In this document: positions 19,673 to 29,826 of the stretch, piece by piece | Position numbering within the stretch: position 1 is the stretch's first letter | Layout of the letters: the number at the start of each line of letters is the position of its first letter | Source of the DNA: Candidatus Neptunichlamydia sp. | GTDB lineage: Bacteria > Chlamydiota > Chlamydiia > Chlamydiales > Simkaniaceae | DNA: 64,000 nucleotides | Reading direction: 5' to 3' | NCBI GenBank assembly: GCA_965233865.1 | Contig: OZ247587.1 | Location: 608,001-672,000, forward strand | The notes under the pieces: generated by a model | The model's database searches: none | Seen by the model: only the letters and a program-made list of their open reading frames with translations | What the model was told of the DNA's origin: nothing | Program-made: the position numbers and the translations under genes

Positions 19673-21633
19673 GTGGCTCTACTCCTCATTTCAATTTCTC
19701 TTACTTCCTCAGCCTTAACATAATAGTTTGTTTCCTTGACAAAGAGACGAGCGATTAAGGTAATCAAAATTCCCAGGGTACAGAGACCTGCCAGCCAGAA
19801 AATGTGCCAGACAAGAGCGAATCCTAAGACACAGCTTAAAATGCCAATGTTGACACCCACCATTGAGTTTTTCGGCATATGGATGTCTTGATACTTAAGC
19901 TTTCCTAGCTCTTTCTTCGATTTCTTCATCTCCCAAAAGGCATCTTTATCATGCACTTCAGGGATGATCGCAAAATTGTAGAAGGGAGGTGGAGAAGCTG
20001 TGGACCATTCAAGTGTCCGCCCATTCCAAGGATCTCCTGTCGTATCCTTTAATTTTTCGCGATTCTTAATACTTTTATAAAGTTGGGCTGCCTGGAACAG
20101 AACCCCGATAAAAATCAAAAGTCCTCCAATTGCAGCAACAATAAAGAGCGGTTGCCACCCATTACCATCAGGGTAGTGGTTGATCCGGCGTGGAGCTCCC
20201 ATAAATCCAAGAAGGTAGAGAGGGAAGAAGGCTACAAAAAAACCAACAAACCAAAACCAAAATGCGTATTTCCCAAGCTTTTCATCGAGTCTAAAACCGG
20301 CAAACTTCGGAAACCAATAGGAATATCCTGCAAAAGCTCCAAAGACGACCCCTCCAATAATCACATTATGAAAATGTGCAACTAAAAAGAGGCTATTATG
20401 AACTTGGAAATCAATTGCGGGGATTGCTAACATAACGCCTGTCATCCCTCCAGTAACGAAAACAAAAACAAAACCCATGAACCAAAGCATTGGAGTGGTA
20501 AATGTTACCTTTCCTCGGTACATAGTGAAAATCCAGTTAAAGACTTTTACTCCCGTAGGAACCGCAATAATCATCGTCATAATCCCGAAGAAAGCGTTGA
20601 CATTTGCTCCTGCTCCCATCGTGAAAAAATGGTGAAGCCATACTATAAAGGAGAGAAAAGTAATCACAGCAATCGCCCATACCATCGACTTATATCCGAA
20701 GAGTTTTTTGTGAGAAAACACAGGTACCAACTCAGAGAAAATTCCAAACGCCGGCAGAACCAAGATATAAACCTCCGGGTGTCCCCACGCCCATATCAAA
20801 TTGATATACATCATAGGATTCCCACCATAGCCAGAAGTAAAAATCTTTGTGTCTAAAAGACGATCGGTAGAAAGCATTCCGATTGTTCCTGTGAGAATGG
20901 GAAATGCAAAAATCACAAGGATCATCATTGCCAAAGTTGCCCAAACAAAAACAGGCATTCTCATCAGTTTCATTCCAGGGCAACGCATTTTCAAAATTGT
21001 CACGAGGAAATTGACCCCAGATAGGAGGGAGCCTATCCCTGATATCTGAACACTCCAGATCCAATAGTCTACCCCAACTCCTGGGTTGTATTTAAGACCG
21101 GCAAGGGGAGGATATGCGGTCCACCCCGTCCCGGCAAAGACTCCGATTACAAGCGAGATGAAGATATAGAGTCCTCCTGCTGTAAAGAGCCAGAAACTAA
21201 TCGAATTTAGGAGAGGAAAGGCCACATCTCGGGCTCCAATTTGGATCGGCAAAACCAAATTGATAATTCCGAATACAAGCCCCATCCCAACAAAAAAGAT
21301 CATGGTCACCCCATGAGCCGTAAAAATCTGCTGGAAGTGTTCTGCTCCCAGATATCCCATACACTCACCTGAAGCAACGGCTTGCTGCGCTCGCATCATC
21401 AATGCATCAACAAGCCCTTTGGCTAGCTGAATCCCCGAAAAGACGATATACATAACTCCAATTTTCTTATGATCAACAGATGTAAACCATTCTTTCCAAA
21501 GCCATCCCCACTTTTTATAATAAGTGAGAAGAGCAATAACGAGGATAGCTCCCCCGACTATGGTTACATCAGCAGCATATTCGATCCAATCGTGTTTAAA
21601 AGCATCTATTCCGAGTCTTCCAAATAACCTCAT
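19669..21633 (-). CDS. cyoB: Cytochrome bo3 oxidase subunit I
   Basis: TSVDHKKIG, WGHPEVY, WLHHFF and AHFH heme-copper motifs. Confidence 0.97.
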   Translation of the reverse strand: MRLFGRLGIDAFKHDWIEYAADVTIVGGAILVIALLTYYKKWGWLWKEWFTSVDHKKIGVMYIVFSGIQLAKGLVDALMMRAQQAVASGECMGYLGAEHFQQIFTAHGVTMIFFVGMGLVFGIINLVLPIQIGARDVAFPLLNSISFWLFTAGGLYIFISLVIGVFAGTGWTAYPPLAGLKYNPGVGVDYWIWSVQISGIGSLLSGVNFLVTILKMRCPGMKLMRMPVFVWATLAMMILVIFAFPILTGTIGMLSTDRLLDTKIFTSGYGGNPMMYINLIWAWGHPEVYILVLPAFGIFSELVPVFSHKKLFGYKSMVWAIAVITFLSFIVWLHHFFTMGAGANVNAFFGIMTMIIAVPTGVKVFNWIFTMYRGKVTFTTPMLWFMGFVFVFVTGGMTGVMLAIPAIDFQVHNSLFLVAHFHNVIIGGVVFGAFAGYSYWFPKFAGFRLDEKLGKYAFWFWFVGFFVAFFPLYLLGFMGAPRRINHYPDGNGWQPLFIVAAIGGLLIFIGVLFQAAQLYKSIKNREKLKDTTGDPWNGRTLEWSTASPPPFYNFAIIPEVHDKDAFWEMKKSKKELGKLKYQDIHMPKNSMVGVNIGILSCVLGFALVWHIFWLAGLCTLGILITLIARLFVKETNYYVKAEEVREIEMRSRAT

Positions 21634-21635
21634 TT

Positions 21636-22496
21636 CTATTTTCCTTCCGGCATGTATTGCATTAATATTTGATCAAAAAGGTGGGTTTGCACCTTTCCGT
21701 AAACCTCCATAGGAACATATTGACTTGGCTCTGCGAGCTGTTTATAAGACTCCCAAGTTAGGCTTTCCCTTGAAGATTTTACCTGCCCTACCCAATCTTG
21801 AAAGTCTTGTTCCGTACTGGATACTGCTTTAAAAATCATTCCTGCAAACCCTTTTCCACTGATGTTTGTATTGCGTCCCTCAAACTCTCCTAGCTCATCA
21901 GCAATCAGATGGAGTTGTGTACGCATCGCGGGCATTGCATAAATCTGCCCTCCTAGCTGAGGGATCCAAAATGAATTCATTGGGGCCTCAGCAGTGAGAA
22001 CAAAATTGATCGGCGTTTTTTCTGGGAATTGTACATAATTGACTGTGGCAATTCCTTGCTCAGGATAAATAAATAACCATTTCCAATTGAGAGCTACAGC
22101 TTGGATCTCAATTGGTTTTGTTCCATTCACAATAGGCTTAAATGGGTTGAGGTCGTGACTGGTTTTCCATGTGATTACAGCAAGAATAATAATAATTACA
22201 ACAGGGACCCCCCACCAACAACACTCTGCAATGCTGTTATGCTCCCAATCAGGGGTATGTTTTGCTCCTCTTTCCTCGCGATATTTCCACCCAAAAACAA
22301 CGGCCAAAATCATGACTGGTATAACCACAATAAGCATCAACAAAGAACAGGTGATAATCAATTCCCGCTCTTTCATACCGATCATCCCTTTCGGCTCTAG
22401 TATAGGAATGTTGTGTTTGGTGACAAAAATTGCTGTCAGCGCTCCAACAGCAACAATGAGGAGAGTGATAATAATGACTTTAAAAATTCTTTTCAT
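21636..22496 (-). CDS. cyoA: Cytochrome bo3 quinol oxidase subunit II
   Basis: WKWLFIYP and MNSFWIPQLGGQIYAM; no CuA ligands. Confidence 0.95.
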   Translation of the reverse strand: MKRIFKVIIITLLIVAVGALTAIFVTKHNIPILEPKGMIGMKERELIITCSLLMLIVVIPVMILAVVFGWKYREERGAKHTPDWEHNSIAECCWWGVPVVIIIILAVITWKTSHDLNPFKPIVNGTKPIEIQAVALNWKWLFIYPEQGIATVNYVQFPEKTPINFVLTAEAPMNSFWIPQLGGQIYAMPAMRTQLHLIADELGEFEGRNTNISGKGFAGMIFKAVSSTEQDFQDWVGQVKSSRESLTWESYKQLAEPSQYVPMEVYGKVQTHLFDQILMQYMPEGK

Positions 22497-22694
22497 CTCA
22501 AGGTATTCTCAAAAAAAAATTACACTAATTTGTGGTTCTACAATATAATGCGCATCTTGTCTACAATAAAAAATTATGAGTATAAAAATAGCAATTAGTT
22601 CAGACGAGTACCTCCCCACATGGGAGAGCGAGCAAAAATCCGTTCAGAAGAAGGCGAAGGCATTGTTGAAAACCAAGAGTCTTTCAATAAAAAT

Positions 22695-24014
22695 GGGAGT
22701 GTAATCTAAACTGTGTAAACGGTCATTAGGCTTCAACTCTTTTTGAGATCCTATCTTCATAAGCTATCCCAAAATATGAGATGGCTTCTTCCCAGCCCCT
22801 TACAGGCATTGTCCACTTCTTTTCTACTCCATCAGAAACCAGATATAGCATCTTTAAAAGAGACTCGTCTGTGGGGGAAACTGCCTTATTTTTTGTCACT
22901 TTTCTAAACTGCCTATGCAGTGATTCTATTGCGTTCGTTGTGTAAGCCAATCTCCGAGCCTCATCAGGAAACTGGAAGAATGTCTTCAGGTTTTCCCAAT
23001 GCGTCATCCAAGGCTTGACAGATAAAGCATATTTCCTTCCCCATTTTTCGCCCAGAGCAAGCAGAAGACTTTCTCTTTTTGCCTCAGTGGGGGCCTGGTA
23101 AATTTCCTTGAGATCTTTTAAGAACTCTTTGACATGTTTAGAGAGCACATATTTGATAGAGTTTCGAATCATATGGATGATACAAAGCTGAACTTCTGTA
23201 TCAGGAAATACGGATTTCAAGGCCTCAGGCAGACCCTTGGATCCATCCATACACGCAATAAGGATGTCTTCTACACTTCGATTCTTTAACTCAGTGAATA
23301 CTTGAAGCCACAACTTTGCTCCCTCACTTTCACCTATCCAGGCCCCTAAAATCTCTTTATAACCCTCTATATTGATTCCTAAGCAGGTATAAGCGGCTTT
23401 GGTTACCACTTTGCTTCCTTCCCTGACTTTGTAATGTATCGCATCAAAAAAGATGATAGGGTAAATGTTTGACAAAGGACGCGATTGCCATTCTGCGGCA
23501 ACTTCCAATACCTTATCAGTAATATTTGAGACCATAGCAGGAGAGATATCTGCTCCATAGAGCTCTTTAATATGCCCCTGAATATCACGAGTCGTCATAC
23601 CCCGAGCATACATTGAGATAATCTTATCATTAGAGGAGCTGATATGACCATCCCTCTTCTTAATTAGCTTGGGCTCAAACTCGCTTTTCCTATCTCGAGG
23701 TACTTCTATCTCTATAGGTCCATGCGTGTTCTGTATGACTTTTTTGTTTTTCCCATTCCGGTTGTTATCGGTATTATTACCCTTGATGGCGTGCTCTTCA
23801 TATCCTAAGTGCCCTTCCATCTCTTTCTCGAGCATTTTCTCAACCATTCCACCAATGAGCTTTTGGATTAGCCCATTTTGACCGGTTAGGTCTTCCATGG
23901 TTGCGCACTTATCTAATTCTTCTTCGAAATCATAATTCATGATTTATCCTTGTGTGAAATCAACGTTATTTTTCCTTAACATTTTTTCATTTACACAGTT
24001 ATTCTTACAGTCTC
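22695..24014 (-). mobile_element. IS256-family element, apparently complete
   Basis: IRs GGGAGTGTAATCTAAACTGTGTAAA / GAGACTGTAAGAATAACTGTGTAAA; 8-bp target duplication ATAAAAAT (22687-22694 and 24015-24022). Confidence 0.93.
22726..23940 (-). CDS. IS256-family transposase
   Basis: VPRDR, MYARGMTTRDI, QLCIIHMIRNS, YTTNAIES. Confidence 0.96.
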   Translation of the reverse strand: MNYDFEEELDKCATMEDLTGQNGLIQKLIGGMVEKMLEKEMEGHLGYEEHAIKGNNTDNNRNGKNKKVIQNTHGPIEIEVPRDRKSEFEPKLIKKRDGHISSSNDKIISMYARGMTTRDIQGHIKELYGADISPAMVSNITDKVLEVAAEWQSRPLSNIYPIIFFDAIHYKVREGSKVVTKAAYTCLGINIEGYKEILGAWIGESEGAKLWLQVFTELKNRSVEDILIACMDGSKGLPEALKSVFPDTEVQLCIIHMIRNSIKYVLSKHVKEFLKDLKEIYQAPTEAKRESLLLALGEKWGRKYALSVKPWMTHWENLKTFFQFPDEARRLAYTTNAIESLHRQFRKVTKNKAVSPTDESLLKMLYLVSDGVEKKWTMPVRGWEEAISYFGIAYEDRISKRVEA

Positions 24015-24335
24015 ATAAAAATTTAATATTATTGACTCTCTCATTTTGGAGTAACCTGATTGGCTAGCGGCCCACCCACCCTCATTGATACGATCAATTA
24101 CGCACTATCAGAGAAGGTAATCGCTGCTCAGGCGGTTGCTAAACTTCAAGAACTGGGACTCATTCACTATGAATGAGAAGCTTGGTGAAGGTGCTTTTGT
24201 AACTTTTTCAAAAGTTGTTGACGGGGTTCCTCTATGGAACCGTGTACGTATCGCTCTACTCAAATGGGTATGCTCATAACGATCTTCATCAATCGACTGA
24301 TAGTTTCTAGACTTTAGCCTTGCACAAAAGGTCAA

Positions 24336-25183
24336 TCAAGAAAAAGTCAAGATTTCTACCCATAAAGCCAAACATCTGATCTGAACCGCAGCCAAGAAAG
24401 AGGATGCATGCTTAGCATAGTGTGTAGCAATTCCTCTCCATCGCTTCAAATGTAAAAAAGCATTTTCTACAAGATGTCTCAATTTATAGAGATGCTTATC
24501 ATAAGCTCTCTTGCTTTTCCTATTTTTTCTGGGAAGGGTAACCGTCTTCATTCCTTGAGAGTTCGTTTGAGTTACGATTGCATCGCTGTCATAACCCCGA
24601 TCTGCTAGTAGGTAATCGGCGTTAATTCCCTCTATTAGGTGTTTGGCCTGAAGGTAGTCTGATTGAGTACCTGACGTAATAATCGCTCTGACCGGCATAC
24701 CATGCGAATCCACGGCCAAATGCAATTTCGTGTTGAGCCCCCTTTTGTCCGAGCCATATCTTGATTGCCACCTTGTGCACCTGCTGCGTGAGAGTGAACT
24801 TTGATATGGGTTGCATCGATCATTAACCACTCGTAATCAGGATCGTCCACTACTTTTTCCAGAAGAAGTTCCCAGACACCTTTATTCCCCCAACGGATAA
24901 AACGACGATGCACATTTCCCCAGTTCCCATAGTCTGGAGGTAAGTCACGCCATGGAGCTCCGGTACGAATAATCCAAAAAACCGCGTTGATAAATCGCCG
25001 ATTATCTTGTGCTACCCCTCCCCACACCCCTCTTCTTCCTAGAAGATAAGGTTCAAGTTTTTTTCAAATTCGATCTGAAAATATCGTGACGTCTGTGCGC
25101 TGGTACGGTCATCTCTAAACCTCTCCTTGAAAGTTTAAGAAACCAGCTTAGCACAAATTTAAACTTGTGTTTACACTATCTAG
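24336..25183 (-). mobile_element. IS5-family (IS427-like) element, degenerate
   Basis: RTGAPWRDLP, IDATHIKVH, TKLHLAVD, ADRGYDS, ENAFLHLKRWRGIAT. Disruptions near the 5' end and a truncated 3' end. Confidence 0.9.
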
Positions 25184-25309
25184 CCTCTATTGGTTCGAAG
25201 CAAAAATTGTCACGAAACCCAAAATTCGGTGACCTTTTATATAATCCAGAGAGAGGACTCCTTTCCGGAAATTCCCCCTACTCTAGAAATGAAACCGTGA
25301 ACCACCCAT

Positions 25310-26614
25310 TTACAGGACTTTAGCAGCAATTGCGGCTAGCTGTGACCTCTCCGTTTTCTCGAACATGATGTGACCATAAATTGGTTCCTTCTTAAAACGA
25401 CTCACCACATAAGTAAGAGCATTTGAGTCTTTATCAAGATAAGGATTATCGATCTGTGTCGGATCGCCCGTAAGAATCACCTTGGTCCCCTTGCCGGCTC
25501 TTGAGACAATTGTTTTCACTTCATGGGGTGTCAAATTCTGCGCCTCATCAATAATGATATAGGTATGAGCTAGAGAACGCCCCCGTATAAAGGTAACCGC
25601 TTCCATCTCAATCTTTTCACTTTCCATGATCCATTGCTTTGTATCTGACGCATTCCCAGATCCTGATGTTGACTCGCAGATATACTCGAGGTTATCATAG
25701 ATCGGCTGCATCCAGTGATACATCTTTTCTTCCTTTGTTCCCGGAAGATATCCAATATCTTTTCCAAGTGGCATAATGGGCCTTGAGATAAGAATCCGGT
25801 TATACCCCCCCTCATCAAAAGTTTTGCGAAGGCCGACCGTAAGAGCCATCAAGGTTTTCCCCGTTCCTGCCTGTCCGACCATTGTAATCAATTTGATATC
25901 GTCATTCATGAGCATATCCATGGCACACTCTTGCTCATCATTGAGGGGTTTTATTCCCCATACCTCTTTAGTCTGCCCCTTTACCTGCTCGACTCTCTTC
26001 TTTTTTGGGTTATAAATTCCCATGGCTATTGACTTTTCAGGGCAATGAAAGCGCACGTATTCGTTTGCGATCATATCTTCGCCTGGTAGCTCAACAAACC
26101 CTTTTGTCATAAAGGTATCAATCTCCCCCTTGGGGAGTTCAACCTTTCTAAACCCTCGATAGAGGTTATCGAAAGATTCCTTGAGACTTTCATAATTCTG
26201 AGCCTTGATACCAATCGATTCCGCTTTAATCCTTAAAACGAAATCTTTTGAGATCATAATGACCACTTCTCGCCCCATCTGCTTTAATTTATATGCGCAG
26301 AAAAGAATACGGTGTTTGTTGCTATCCAGAGGAAGAGGAAACCCTTCCTTTTTAACTGATTTATCTTCGACAAAGACAGAAAATGTTGCTCCATTTTCTA
26401 ACTTAATTCCTTTAAATATATCCCCTTTGATCTCATCAACAAAGCGAATCACTTGCCGTGCATTCTTTCCCAGTTCATTGCTGAACCGTTTCATCTTATC
26501 TAACTCTTCTAATACTACTAGAGGCATTACGACATCGTTGTCCTCAAATTTCTGAATCGCTTCCGGATCATGCAGTAAAACGTTTGTATCCAGGACAAAA
26601 GTCTTGCTTTCCAT
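25310..26614 (-). CDS. phoH: PIN-PhoH family ATPase
   Basis: N-terminal PIN domain VLDTNVLLHDP; GQAGTGKT, RGRSL, DEAQN, GDPTQID; AGGAG RBS. Confidence 0.94.
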   Translation of the reverse strand: MESKTFVLDTNVLLHDPEAIQKFEDNDVVMPLVVLEELDKMKRFSNELGKNARQVIRFVDEIKGDIFKGIKLENGATFSVFVEDKSVKKEGFPLPLDSNKHRILFCAYKLKQMGREVVIMISKDFVLRIKAESIGIKAQNYESLKESFDNLYRGFRKVELPKGEIDTFMTKGFVELPGEDMIANEYVRFHCPEKSIAMGIYNPKKKRVEQVKGQTKEVWGIKPLNDEQECAMDMLMNDDIKLITMVGQAGTGKTLMALTVGLRKTFDEGGYNRILISRPIMPLGKDIGYLPGTKEEKMYHWMQPIYDNLEYICESTSGSGNASDTKQWIMESEKIEMEAVTFIRGRSLAHTYIIIDEAQNLTPHEVKTIVSRAGKGTKVILTGDPTQIDNPYLDKDSNALTYVVSRFKKEPIYGHIMFEKTERSQLAAIAAKVL

Positions 26615-26977
26615 AAGCTTGCTCCTTTTCAATCATTTATTATTCAGTAAATTACAGTACCTACTGAACCTCGTTAAATCGCATTCCCTTCCTTCTTTAT
26701 AATCGAATTTTTATTCTTGCCAAGCAAATCCTATCAAGAAAGATTCAAAAATTTTGAAGGTGATTGATCCAAGCTATCTTACGATTTCAAAAGCTATTAT
26801 CAGGTCCAATAAATAGAAAATGATCTAAAACATCAATTCATAAACACCTTATATATAATTTACTATAATTGCATTCAGCAGTCAGGTCAGATGAGTGCTA
26901 GCTTTTTCGTTGACTGAGAATAGGATGATCTATATAATGGGGTAGGTCCTAATAAACCATCTGAAATAGAGGATGAT

Positions 26978-27709
26978 ATGAAGAAAATCAATCATAAAAT
27001 TTTAAGCATCCCTCCTTACATCTCTACATCATGGAAGAATATCAATACGCTTCATATGAAAGAGATCGAAGGAAAACAGGTTCTGGTCATCGTCCTTCAT
27101 AATGGGACTCTGATCGAGATTCCAGGACTCGAAGATAAGCTCATCGAGCAAATCTTTGATGCCCACTCTCAATATGTGGACCATGAGACGAAAGAACCTC
27201 AAGCCGAGTCTCTCAAAACTTTTGAGCCAACATCTGAGAAAGGAAATGATGCTTCTCTTTCCTTTGGAATTCCATTTCAGATGAATGGAGTAGAAGGAGC
27301 TGAAAATATCAGTTCGTTTCTTCAACACAACCCTGAGCAAGCAAACACTCCAAAAATGCCGCCTGATGTCATTGAAAAAATCACATTGATTACCAAAGCC
27401 CTTGGAATGGACATGGAACAAATGAACATTCCTAAAGCGGAGCCCCACTGTAATTGCCCTTACTGCCAAATCGCAAAAGTCATTCAAGGCGAGTCAAAGG
27501 ATTCTCCTAAGGAAGAGATCGAAGAAGAAGTCACCGAAGACGACCTACGCTTCCGCAACTGGGATATCAAACAAGAAGGAGACAAGCTCTATATTGTTTC
27601 CAATCCACTAGATGCAAATGAGCACTATCAAGTCTTTTTGGGTAATCCTGTCGGGTGTACGTGTGGCGAAAAAAACTGCGAACACGTTCGCACTGTTCTT
27701 AACAGTTAA
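26978..27709 (+). CDS. Conserved chlamydial protein (CT016-like) with Cys/His zinc-binding motifs
   Basis: KILSIPPYISTSW, EPHCNCPYCQI, GCTCGEKNCEH. Confidence 0.8.
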   Translation: MKKINHKILSIPPYISTSWKNINTLHMKEIEGKQVLVIVLHNGTLIEIPGLEDKLIEQIFDAHSQYVDHETKEPQAESLKTFEPTSEKGNDASLSFGIPFQMNGVEGAENISSFLQHNPEQANTPKMPPDVIEKITLITKALGMDMEQMNIPKAEPHCNCPYCQIAKVIQGESKDSPKEEIEEEVTEDDLRFRNWDIKQEGDKLYIVSNPLDANEHYQVFLGNPVGCTCGEKNCEHVRTVLNS

Positions 27710-27803
27710 TACTGGGCAAGTTCCTTCACTTTATCCTGGCCATTTAAACAGTCATTCTCTAGAATGAGAAAGTAGAACACTTTTCTTATTAGGAGTACGA
27801 ATT

Positions 27804-28985
27804 ATGTCTAAAGCTTATGCTTTATTAGCACTGCTAGTGTTAGGAGCTTTTTCGGCTCCCGCATTTGCAGACGCAGCCCCCTCTCTCGACAAATCGATTA
27901 CATCGGCTGGTACAACCCCTGCGCATTCGGGTTCAAAGTTCAAAGCCTTCACTGGAAAAATCGTTGGAAGCAGCGTTCGAATGCGAACCTTTGCTGACTT
28001 AGATAGTCACATTATTACCGAACTCAGCAAAGACGAGTATGTTGTTGTGACCGGAGAAAAAGGAGATTTCTATACAGTAGAAGCCCCACCAGATTTAAAA
28101 GCATATATCTTCCGCGGATTTGTCATTGATGATATCGTTGAAGGCGATCGCGTCAATGTCCGCCTTTCTCCTGATCGTGATGCCCCCATTATCGGACACT
28201 ATAGCACCGGGCATCCCGTTAACGGAAACATTTGTGATGACAACAACAAATGGATGGAGATTAAGGCTCCAAAGAGCACTCAATTTTTCATTGCTAAAGA
28301 ATATGTTGAGTATGCTGGAAAGCCCGAGCTTAAAATTATTCAAGACAAACGAAAATCGGCAGTTACTCAGCTCTTAGAATCGACAAATCTTCTCAGCCAA
28401 GCTGAAATGCGTAAAGCTTTTCATGAAATCGACATTGAGCGCGTAACACATAACTACAGCACCATTATTAATGACTTTAACGACTTCCCGGCATTTGTCA
28501 CTTCGGCAAAGAAGGAACTTCATACAATTCAGGAAGACTACTTGCACCGCAAGATTTCTTTCCTGGAAGCTAAAGCATCAAATATGGGTAAAGGCCAAGA
28601 AGTTTCTGGCAGTATCTATGAAGTTGCTTACCATTCTGAAGATGCTCTTTCTCCAACAGACCGGATGAAGGTTTGGGAGCCCATTGAAGAAGCCATGTAT
28701 TTGAGCTGGTCATCTATGCACCACGCCAAAACAATGGACGATTTCTACACAGACCAGAAAATGAAGAGCAAGACAGTTTCAGGCATCTTGGAATCATACA
28801 GAGAACCTGTAAAAAACAAGCCAGGTAACTTTATCGTAAAAGATCGAGATATTACCGTAGCATATGTTTATAGTACGCACGTTAATCTTGAAGACTTTAT
28901 TGGGAAGCGAGTCAATTTAATTGTCTCTTCTAGACCCAATAACAGCTTCGCATTCCCTGCGTACTACGTCCTTGAAGTTGAATAA
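27804..28985 (+). CDS. Exported SH3-domain protein (CT017-like)
   Basis: Signal peptide; two SH3-like repeats (SVRMR..., RVNVRLSP...); C-terminal RPNNSFAFPAYYV. Confidence 0.8.
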   Translation: MSKAYALLALLVLGAFSAPAFADAAPSLDKSITSAGTTPAHSGSKFKAFTGKIVGSSVRMRTFADLDSHIITELSKDEYVVVTGEKGDFYTVEAPPDLKAYIFRGFVIDDIVEGDRVNVRLSPDRDAPIIGHYSTGHPVNGNICDDNNKWMEIKAPKSTQFFIAKEYVEYAGKPELKIIQDKRKSAVTQLLESTNLLSQAEMRKAFHEIDIERVTHNYSTIINDFNDFPAFVTSAKKELHTIQEDYLHRKISFLEAKASNMGKGQEVSGSIYEVAYHSEDALSPTDRMKVWEPIEEAMYLSWSSMHHAKTMDDFYTDQKMKSKTVSGILESYREPVKNKPGNFIVKDRDITVAYVYSTHVNLEDFIGKRVNLIVSSRPNNSFAFPAYYVLEVE

Positions 28986-29034
28986 GAAGGACGTTAATTC
29001 CTCTTTATCGGCCCTCCCTCCTATCTCCTTTGAG

Positions 29035-29805
29035 ATGAGAGAGTGGGCCGTTTCTATTTTAGGAGCCGATACCCTAGACGGAAAATTGTGGGCTCCCAAA
29101 AAGCTTACAGATTTTCAACCCGGATCCTCTATGGAATGGAATGAGCCAACCCGCCCAACTCACCTCCGTTTTCAAAAAGTAAAAAAAGAAAACAAACTCC
29201 CTCCCTTTCATGATCACCATAAGCCAGATAGCCGCGCAGCATGTCTCCACCGCTTTGCTGGACACGAGCTTCTTGCTGTTGAAATTATGGCTTATGCCCT
29301 ACTAAAATTCCCTGACGCTCCCAGCCATTTTCGCAGAGGGCTTGCCCACACTCTGAAAGAAGAACAAGAACATGTCCGCCTCTATCTTTTGCAACTGAAG
29401 AGATTGGGTGTCAGTTTTGGAGATCTTCCCCTTTACCGCCACTTCTGGTGTCATACCCCCTATCTAAGCTCCCCAATTGAATATGTTTCGGTGATGAGTT
29501 TGACCTTCGAAATGGCCAATCTTGATTTTGCCCCAATGTATGGGCAGTCTTTCGAAAAACATGGAGACAAGGAAGCTGGAGCACTCATGGCGCGAATCTT
29601 AAAAGACGAAATTGCCCACGTCTCATTTGGTTGGAGGTGGCTTCAAAAATTTAAATCCCCTCAGCTGAGCGACTGGGATGCCTGGAAGGAAGCTCAGAGT
29701 CCCCTTCTTGTACCAAAGCGAGCGCGAGGCTTTGTAATTCATGAAAATCATCGGAAGCAAGCGGGTGTCTCGCCGCAGTGGATCGAAAGCTTGAAATCCC
29801 TCTAA
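29035..29805 (+). CDS. Ferritin-like protein (DUF455-type)
   Basis: HELLAVE, EEQEH, EMANLD and DEIAH di-iron-type motifs. Start uncertain. Confidence 0.8.
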   Translation: MREWAVSILGADTLDGKLWAPKKLTDFQPGSSMEWNEPTRPTHLRFQKVKKENKLPPFHDHHKPDSRAACLHRFAGHELLAVEIMAYALLKFPDAPSHFRRGLAHTLKEEQEHVRLYLLQLKRLGVSFGDLPLYRHFWCHTPYLSSPIEYVSVMSLTFEMANLDFAPMYGQSFEKHGDKEAGALMARILKDEIAHVSFGWRWLQKFKSPQLSDWDAWKEAQSPLLVPKRARGFVIHENHRKQAGVSPQWIESLKSL

Positions 29806-29826
29806 CTTTCTGCTACAATCTTTCCC

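Noticed and set aside
24030..24335. Short ORFs between IS256 and IS5
   Set aside because: Fragmentary frames with stops and no recognisable motif; probably debris.
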